Origin: a virus
Taxonomy: Duplodnaviria; Caudoviricetes
DNA length: 33,184 nt
Reading direction: 5' to 3' (one strand)
Virus record (IMG/VR): IMGVR_UViG_3300030451_001850
Location: 1 to 33,184 of that record
Shown here: piece after piece, positions 27,398 through 33,184 of the stretch
Layout of the letters: the number at the start of each line of letters is the position of its first letter
Numbering within the stretch: position 1 is the first letter of the stretch
The notes under the pieces: model-generated
Seen by the model: only the letters and a program-made list of their open reading frames with translations
Databases searched by the model: none
Told to the model about the DNA's origin: nothing
Position numbers and translations under genes: made by a program

Positions 27398-27568
27398 ATG
27401 ACAGAAGAAATATTTGAAGACGACCCTAGAGCCTTAACAGAAAAAGATAACAAGAGATACATACCTAAACCTTATATGGATTTCTTTTTAGCACTAAGAT
27501 ATACAGCTGATGATGACGAAATTAAAACACCAGCTGGAGTAAATGCTGATTATAGAGGATATGGCTAG
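27398..27568 (+). CDS. Small hypothetical protein (56 aa)
   Basis: Manual ORF MTEEIFEDDPRALTEKDNKRYIPKP... after AAGGA; stop overlaps the convergent endolysin stop. Confidence 0.65.
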   Translation: MTEEIFEDDPRALTEKDNKRYIPKPYMDFFLALRYTADDDEIKTPAGVNADYRGYG

Positions 27569-28083
27569 GACAAAAGCTCTATAGCTTGTTCTCTAGTCTT
27601 ATATGTTCTACGATCCCAACCTTTCCCAAAGGTATCATATGTCTTTAGCTTCCTATAAAACTGGCTCCTTTGAGCTGTATAGGTTTCTATTACTCCTTTG
27701 ATACCAGCTGGGTACTGTGTGATTCTATTGATGGTTTTTGCTCCGATTACTCCATCAATAGAAGCACCAACAAACTGCTGAACATTACGAGCTGCTCTAC
27801 TAGGGCCAGCATTAACTGCAAAATCAAAGATACACCAATCAACGCCACTAGGTAAATCATCCCCTTTAATCTTATCCCAGTATTTTTTCTTGTATATGTC
27901 TTTAACATCTTCATCTGGTATGTTTCTCATCTCATCTTCAGTTACTTCTCTACCAAGATACTTTTCATAAGTCCGTTTGGTTATGCCTTTATTGGTCATG
28001 CCTCCTGGGTCTTTGGGATGATTAACAAATCCACCCTCATGTTCGAGGACAAGTTCTAAGCAATGATTAAAGTTTTCTTTCAT
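27565..28083 (-). CDS. Endolysin, glycoside hydrolase family 108
   Basis: HEGGFVNHPKDPGGMTNKGIT, FDFAVNAG, C-terminal FGKGW. Confidence 0.93.
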   Translation of the reverse strand: MKENFNHCLELVLEHEGGFVNHPKDPGGMTNKGITKRTYEKYLGREVTEDEMRNIPDEDVKDIYKKKYWDKIKGDDLPSGVDWCIFDFAVNAGPSRAARNVQQFVGASIDGVIGAKTINRITQYPAGIKGVIETYTAQRSQFYRKLKTYDTFGKGWDRRTYKTREQAIELLS

Positions 28084-28190
28084 TTCAGCCTCAAGTTTAA
28101 TATTACATTACACATAGGGCATTTATAAACATCTCTTACCCCAGTTTTTACAAGAGCCACTTTACACCTCTCACATAACATCGCAATCAT
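28080..28190 (-). CDS. Tiny zinc-ribbon protein (36 aa)
   Basis: Manual ORF MIAMLCERCKVALVKTGVRDVYKCPMCNVILNLRLK; ATGA overlaps on both sides. Confidence 0.65.
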   Translation of the reverse strand: MIAMLCERCKVALVKTGVRDVYKCPMCNVILNLRLK

Positions 28191-28588
28191 TTTGTTAATC
28201 CTTTTTGCTTCTCATACGTTCTTAATGATCCAATGCCAAGCATACCACCAAGAACAGTTAGAAGTGTACCCATGTCAAACTCAGGTAAAACTGGAAGTTC
28301 TATGCCAGCAATAGCACAGCTAAATATAATTAAATCTTTTAAGATAAAGTGATAGAGAAAAGCAATTGCACATGTCCAACCAACTGCTGGTCTCCAGCCA
28401 CCTTTAAATAGTGATCCACTTGCAGCTTCTGCTTTGTTCACTTCTATCTGAGCCATAGCCAGTTGTTGAGCATGTTTCTCAGCCATTGTACTTAACTCAA
28501 ATGCAATCTTGTTTTTAGTATCTTTATCTTCGATAAATTTGCCTAACAACTTTGTTGCTGGACCTATAAGTGCTTGTATCATTACCAT
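28187..28588 (-). CDS. 3TM holin (GTA holin-like)
   Basis: QIEVNKAEA...GGWRPAVGW...GMLGIGSLRTYEK; start may be 28582. Confidence 0.85.
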   Translation of the reverse strand: MVMIQALIGPATKLLGKFIEDKDTKNKIAFELSTMAEKHAQQLAMAQIEVNKAEAASGSLFKGGWRPAVGWTCAIAFLYHFILKDLIIFSCAIAGIELPVLPEFDMGTLLTVLGGMLGIGSLRTYEKQKGLTK

Positions 28589-28776
28589 AACCTCATTTCT
28601 TTGTTTACTTTAACTAATTTTACAAAGCAGTCATATCTCTGCTCTGTTTCACCAATCTTCACAGTTTGATTATCTAAGTATGATTTAAAGTAGTGTGCTG
28701 TATTTACCGATTGAAAATGCAATGTGCCAGCTGGATTACCTGACAGGTAGCACATCAGCAAAAATGCTGGCTTCAC
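28582..28776 (-). CDS. Hypothetical protein
   Basis: 64 aa, translationally coupled. Confidence 0.6.
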   Translation of the reverse strand: MKPAFLLMCYLSGNPAGTLHFQSVNTAHYFKSYLDNQTVKIGETEQRYDCFVKLVKVNKEMRLW

Positions 28777-29090
28777 TTTCCGTTCCTATTCATTATGGCT
28801 GAAGCTCCCATATAAGCTCCCACAATACCAGCACCAGATATGTAGAAAAGGTTACTGATATCAGAAAGTGCCTGTACTCGTTCAATATCGACAACAAACA
28901 TTGCAGCAGTAAAACTACCCATGGCAATAAGACTTGCAGTAGCCATCCTTCTTTGGGCTCTTTGCTTTCTGAGGTCATGTTCTAATCTTTTGATCTCAGA
29001 CATATGTGCAAATTCTTCATCGCTAACTACTCCGTCATTGTTGATATCGTACTTATCATATTGTGAAGATGGTTGTAACTTTTTACCCAT
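28773..29090 (-). CDS. EF-hand-containing two-TM membrane protein
   Basis: Canonical loop DINNDGVVSDEE followed by two hydrophobic helices. Confidence 0.7.
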   Translation of the reverse strand: MGKKLQPSSQYDKYDINNDGVVSDEEFAHMSEIKRLEHDLRKQRAQRRMATASLIAMGSFTAAMFVVDIERVQALSDISNLFYISGAGIVGAYMGASAIMNRNGK

Positions 29091-29568
29091 ACCTACTCTC
29101 CTTATACATCCAAGCTAACATTACTATAAATCCTATTACTGTTATAAACAATAGCACCCATCCTATAATTTCCCAAATCTTTCTTATAGCTTCTTGTCTT
29201 TCATAGATATCTTTCTTTCTTTGAAGCCTTATCTCTTTTTCCATACGAAGGATTTCGTTCCATGAATTAGCTCCGTAGTGAAAATTTATGAATGACTTTA
29301 GCTCTTGTCTTTGTGCCTCTAGCTTCTTCTTTGCAGTAAAAGCCTCTATTGCACTAGCTTCTATCTCTTTACCTTTGAATAATTTTCTAAGTGGTGATGC
29401 AGACTTAGCTGACTTCTCTGCATTATCTATATCGCTTATGGCTCCCATCCAACGAGATAAATCTTTACCCATGGATTCTATTTCACGACCAGCTGAAAAC
29501 CCAGCTTTGATAGCACTAAAAGCCTTAGAAGCTGCTGTAATGGCTAGGCCAATGCTTGCTGGATCCAC
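29083..29568 (-). CDS. Hypothetical membrane-anchored coiled-coil protein
   Basis: GTG start after GAGG; C-terminal TM helix. Confidence 0.7.
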   Translation of the reverse strand: MDPASIGLAITAASKAFSAIKAGFSAGREIESMGKDLSRWMGAISDIDNAEKSAKSASPLRKLFKGKEIEASAIEAFTAKKKLEAQRQELKSFINFHYGANSWNEILRMEKEIRLQRKKDIYERQEAIRKIWEIIGWVLLFITVIGFIVMLAWMYKESRYG

Positions 29569-29569
29569 T

Positions 29570-29737
29570 TTACCTCACTAACAATCCTATTAAAAGGACT
29601 ATGATTGTTCCTGCTGTGCCAATCATAATATGTTCAATACGTTTGATACGAAGGATAGTTTCTTTCCATCTCTCTGCACACACAGCTTCATGTGTATCTA
29701 TCTGTGATTTAACTTCTGTTACTGATGGTCTAGGCAT
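29570..29737 (-). CDS. Small coiled-coil + TM protein (XhlA-like architecture)
   Basis: HEAVCAERW...IIVLLIGLLVR; start reassigned to MPRPSV. Confidence 0.65.
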   Translation of the reverse strand: MPRPSVTEVKSQIDTHEAVCAERWKETILRIKRIEHIMIGTAGTIIVLLIGLLVR

Positions 29738-29760
29738 ATACTCTAATATTATACCCCACA

Positions 29761-30327
29761 TTATGCCTTTATTTCCATAAAGGTTACAGAAGATTCCGTA
29801 GTGCTATTGTAATTTGAACCATTATATCCATCTATATTAAGCATAACATCATAACCATTAGCACTAGAATATCCTGTTATTTTATAAGTAATTGCACTAG
29901 ATGAATCTGTTAAGCCAGTATTTGTTGAATCAAGGAATTGATAAAAGTCTGAATGTATTCCATAACCCATAGCATTAACATTGGTATGATTATAATAAGC
30001 TCCTAATATTTGTCTATTAGATGTTCTACTGTTTTGAGTTCCAGTAGCACCAGTTGAAATAGTTGCATAACTACCATTGCCAATCTTTCTTTGCATATTA
30101 AGATAAACAGTTAAGTAACTTGTCATTTTTAAATTATATTGAACAAGTATTTTACTATTAGAAAATAATCTAGTAAAACTTACTTCCGTGCCAGGAATCA
30201 ATGTTTCGTTTGCAGTTGTAGTCATGTTTATTGTGCCAAAGTTAGTAAAAGGAGTTGTTTCAGATTTTACTATTGACCCAGTTGCATAATTGTTTGCACT
30301 TGAAAAATTTAATTTTGTTAATGCCAT
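29761..30327 (-). CDS. Putative tail/adhesin protein, paralog 4
   Basis: SNSKILV...AITYKI...SSVTFMEIKA. Confidence 0.65.
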   Translation of the reverse strand: MALTKLNFSSANNYATGSIVKSETTPFTNFGTINMTTTANETLIPGTEVSFTRLFSNSKILVQYNLKMTSYLTVYLNMQRKIGNGSYATISTGATGTQNSRTSNRQILGAYYNHTNVNAMGYGIHSDFYQFLDSTNTGLTDSSSAITYKITGYSSANGYDVMLNIDGYNGSNYNSTTESSVTFMEIKA

Positions 30328-30854
30328 TACCCAGCCACCTCCATAATAGTAAGTGTTGATATACCTCTATGTCCATAGTCTGCATCTGAATCTGTTCCAC
30401 TTCTATTTATATACATTGTTCCATCAACATCATGTCTGACTTGAACCTTGTACGTTATTGCTGAAGTACTATTAGGAGAATCTAAAAATGTTACTGAACT
30501 TTGATGCAATTTATAAGTTTCATTACCAGCTCCAACTAAATTTAATGGAAAACTAACATTTTGTCGATTTCCAGTTGCTGTTGTTCCAACTGCTATATCT
30601 GTAGAATCTCTCATTATATATCCACTTCCATAATTATTAGTGTGCGTACTGCCATAACAAACACTAGCCATAATTAGTATTTTTGACGAAGCACTTGATG
30701 GTGTAATAGATAGAGATAAATTAGGTATATCTGTTCTTTGATCTACTGTTAAAGACATTGTGTCTGTATATGAACCACTTTTAACTTGCTTAATAAAGTT
30801 GTAAGCAGTACCACTACTGTTCTGAATATTGTTTACTTTAATTATACTTGTCAT
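30327..30854 (-). CDS. Putative tail/adhesin protein, paralog 3
   Basis: ITPSSASSKILI...LDSPNSTSAITYKVQ...TLTIMEVAG. Confidence 0.65.
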   Translation of the reverse strand: MTSIIKVNNIQNSSGTAYNFIKQVKSGSYTDTMSLTVDQRTDIPNLSLSITPSSASSKILIMASVCYGSTHTNNYGSGYIMRDSTDIAVGTTATGNRQNVSFPLNLVGAGNETYKLHQSSVTFLDSPNSTSAITYKVQVRHDVDGTMYINRSGTDSDADYGHRGISTLTIMEVAG

Positions 30855-31429
30855 TACCCAGCTACCTCCATAACAGTTAGTGTTGATATAGGTGCAAATA
30901 TAGTATTTGCATCAGTAAATGTTTGGAAAGTATTAATATAAATATAGCTTGAACCTTCTACCATGCCTTGTACTTTATAAGTAACTGCTGAAGTTGTTTG
31001 TGGATCATCATAAAGAGTCATTGTAACTGGTGTATTTGGAATATTCGAACCACCACCATCAAATATAGCATGAGCTAATTGTCGGCTTCCTTGTGAAGTA
31101 GTTGCACCACCTAAAGACCCAGCACTAAAATCTGGTAAATCAAAATCAGTAAAAGAACCAGTGCCTATCTTTCTTACTACTTTAATAGCACCTCTTTGAT
31201 TTGCATTTGCATTTGCACTTACATTAAACGTAATCAAAAATTTACTTGTTGTTGCCGAAGGAGTTAATGTTACAGTTAAATTTGTTATGTCTACAAAACT
31301 AGATGAATTTGATGTTTCATTACCAAGAAATTGTGCAAACCCAACTTGCTTTATAAAATTGTAAGGAGTGCCACTTGTATTTTTTATATTAGTGACTTCT
31401 AAGTTTGTTGCATTTATAATTCCACTCAT
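30854..31429 (-). CDS. Putative tail/adhesin protein, paralog 2
   Basis: LTPSATTSKFLI...DDPQTTSAVTYKVQ...TLTVMEVAG. Confidence 0.65.
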   Translation of the reverse strand: MSGIINATNLEVTNIKNTSGTPYNFIKQVGFAQFLGNETSNSSSFVDITNLTVTLTPSATTSKFLITFNVSANANANQRGAIKVVRKIGTGSFTDFDLPDFSAGSLGGATTSQGSRQLAHAIFDGGGSNIPNTPVTMTLYDDPQTTSAVTYKVQGMVEGSSYIYINTFQTFTDANTIFAPISTLTVMEVAG

Positions 31430-31848
31430 CCTATTAATACTCCAGTAAATAATGAATTATGACCAAAAGTACCACTACCATTTGTAGCCATAAAAGCAGT
31501 AACTACATCATTTGCAGATAGTTCTAATGGAGCAGTCAAGGTGTTAGCATCACTTCCATTATGCCAATGACCAAAAGGACTATATGGATTTGATCCATTA
31601 ACATTAAAATATTTTGATGAATTATCATTGTTACTTGTAAAAGTACATAGATAAACACCAGCAGTAGTAATTGTTATTGCACCACTATTATTTGTAACAC
31701 CTCTTAACTTATGAACTTGGTCAAAAGCTAATGTTCCCTCAACTTGTGAATTACTACTAAAGCCTAAAACCCATATAGGTTTATTAGGTATTGTTACTGT
31801 ACCACCACTTGTCTTTGGCTCTATTGTATCTACAAATATTTTAGACAA
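31426..31848 (-). CDS. C1q-like beta-sandwich virion protein
   Basis: AFDQV...ITTAGVYL...LELSANDVV...FTGVLIG. Confidence 0.6.
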   Translation of the reverse strand: MSKIFVDTIEPKTSGGTVTIPNKPIWVLGFSSNSQVEGTLAFDQVHKLRGVTNNSGAITITTAGVYLCTFTSNNDNSSKYFNVNGSNPYSPFGHWHNGSDANTLTAPLELSANDVVTAFMATNGSGTFGHNSLFTGVLIG

Positions 31849-32305
31849 TTGTTAACACTCCATTTACTGTTAAGGTAACACCATTATCTATGGTTATATC
31901 TCCAGCAACCATTGCTCTTTCAGATGTGCCTATTGTTATGTTATCTGATATTGTTGAATCATTTATTCTTAGAGGATCACGAAACAATGTAGTCGATAAA
32001 TGTGTACCTTGTACTGATCCAGTTGATGGTACACCACTAGACAAAGCACTACCCATAACAAGTATGTAATCGATAACATCACTTGCTGATAATGTTTCTG
32101 TAAAAACAATCTGTGATCCTGATATATTAAAAGCATCTTGTGGTGCTTGTGTTACACCATTAACAGACACAATACATTGCTCAGTTGTTCCAGGTGCGAA
32201 AGCTGCACCATTTCTTTGTAAGTTAAATGTGTTAGTTGCACTTGTTGTTATGGCATCTAATTTTATAAACTCCCCAGTAATATTTTCTCTACCTACATAA
32301 GGCAT
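31841..32305 (-). CDS. Putative virion structural protein
   Basis: MPYVG..., VSVNGVTQAP...FNISGSQIVFTE, C-terminal GVTLTVNGVLTIV. Confidence 0.6.
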   Translation of the reverse strand: MPYVGRENITGEFIKLDAITTSATNTFNLQRNGAAFAPGTTEQCIVSVNGVTQAPQDAFNISGSQIVFTETLSASDVIDYILVMGSALSSGVPSTGSVQGTHLSTTLFRDPLRINDSTISDNITIGTSERAMVAGDITIDNGVTLTVNGVLTIV

Positions 32306-32308
32306 CTG

Positions 32309-32521
32309 TTACTCCGTTGGTTTCTCTGGAAATGAAAATCCTTCATCTTCCATTGATTGATAAGTATTTGTTATATCTCTTAATGCTTGTCTGTATGTTT
32401 TCCAAGATGATGGCACAGTAGCATTGTTCTCTCTAGCTTTAATTACAACCCAATCAGAATCTCTTAACAAAGCATTTCTATCATCTCTTAACTTTAATAA
32501 TTGTATTTCTGCATTATTCAT
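32309..32521 (-). CDS. Tail fibre assembly chaperone
   Basis: LRDDRNALLRDSDW...WKTYRQALRDIT...FPEKP. Confidence 0.85.
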   Translation of the reverse strand: MNNAEIQLLKLRDDRNALLRDSDWVVIKARENNATVPSSWKTYRQALRDITNTYQSMEDEGFSFPEKPTE

Positions 32522-33081
32522 TAGCCTTTAATCTCCATAGCTGTAAGCATTGAAATATTATGATTTACAAAAGACGCATTTGACCAACCAGCAATACCAG
32601 TTCCAGTACTTGTTTTTATATATACACCATAACGAACACTTTGAGTTGTGTTAGGAGAATCTAATCCTTGATAAGTTGTAAAATCCCAATCTCCACCAAC
32701 ATTTGCTCTTGTAAATCCATTAGCATCAAATGTTTGAGTTGAATCCATATTAGTAATGTCTGTAAATGAACCACTATTTATACTTCTTTTAAACATATAA
32801 AATGTAGTTGCATTAGTAGTGTTATTATATGAAGGGTGATTTGCAATAACTAGTATTTTACTATTTGTAGCTGATGGAGTTATATCAACATAATAACCGT
32901 GATCTACTTGACTTGTCCATGTAGAGCCACTTGTATGAACTGCATAAGCATTACTAACTGACACACCATTTAATGTAGGTGAAGTAACGACAGTTTGTAG
33001 TATAGAGCCACTTGGCAAGTTAGAAGATACTATAGTACCAACTGAATCTATTGAAGCTGATTTTATTTTACTTAATGCCAT
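32521..33081 (-). CDS. Putative tail/adhesin protein, paralog 1
   Basis: GSILQTV...ITPSATNSKILV...LDSPNTTQSVRY...MLTAMEIKG. Confidence 0.65.
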   Translation of the reverse strand: MALSKIKSASIDSVGTIVSSNLPSGSILQTVVTSPTLNGVSVSNAYAVHTSGSTWTSQVDHGYYVDITPSATNSKILVIANHPSYNNTTNATTFYMFKRSINSGSFTDITNMDSTQTFDANGFTRANVGGDWDFTTYQGLDSPNTTQSVRYGVYIKTSTGTGIAGWSNASFVNHNISMLTAMEIKG

Positions 33082-33088
33082 AACTTCC

Positions 33089-33184
33089 TCATGTCTTTAT
33101 GCAATACAACATTGATACGTTTTTAGGTCTTGTTTCATTTGATGATACTTTAATATTAGGATTTGATGAATTAGAGTTCTGCCA
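33089..33184 (-). CDS. C-terminal fragment of a tail-collar type fibre protein
   Basis: Manual translation ...SSNETRPKNVSMLYCIKT*, the typical ETRPxN...YCIK ending. Confidence 0.8.
   Translation of the reverse strand, partial: WQNSNSSNPNIKVSSNETRPKNVSMLYCIKT

Noticed and set aside
18262-27568. CRISPR array, tRNA genes, retron or integrase/attP
   Set aside because: No regularly spaced repeats, cloverleaf with TTC loop, RT motifs or recombinase motifs found by eye
29761-33081. Diversity-generating retroelement or shufflon acting on the paralogs
   Set aside because: No reverse transcriptase, recombinase or near-identical template/variable repeat pair seen
1-33184. Direct circular join of the window ends into one tail-fibre ORF (frames are compatible)
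   Set aside because: No terminal overlap is visible, and the joined protein would lack the collar/head region expected before ETRPKN; sequence is probably missing

Overview
AT-rich, near-complete genome of a podovirus-like tailed phage, probably marine and plausibly infecting an alphaproteobacterium (inferred from gene content and promoter style). The minus strand carries the late module: terS, terL, portal, scaffold, major capsid, tail tubular A/B, three internal virion proteins and a tail fibre running off position 1. At the other end are a tail-collar C-terminus, paralogous putative adhesins and a holin/GH108 lysis cassette. The plus strand (about 18.99-27.57 kb) carries the early module: SSB, DUF2958-like, a large orphan ParB-like protein, a YqaJ-like exonuclease and a Sak/DUF1071-like annealase, with an inverted HTH + RuvC-like pair. 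I recognise no DNA polymerase, primase, helicase, RNA polymerase or integrase. The most unusual signals are non-coding: a ~600-nt densely base-paired region between terS and the early genes, a ~230-nt multibranch RNA-like element with complementary (kissing) loops before ssb, a ~70-nt antisense sRNA candidate with an anti-Shine-Dalgarno loop, a recurrent AGCCAGAG octamer and two divergent promoter pairs of identical geometry. All family calls come from motif recognition by eye, not database searches.
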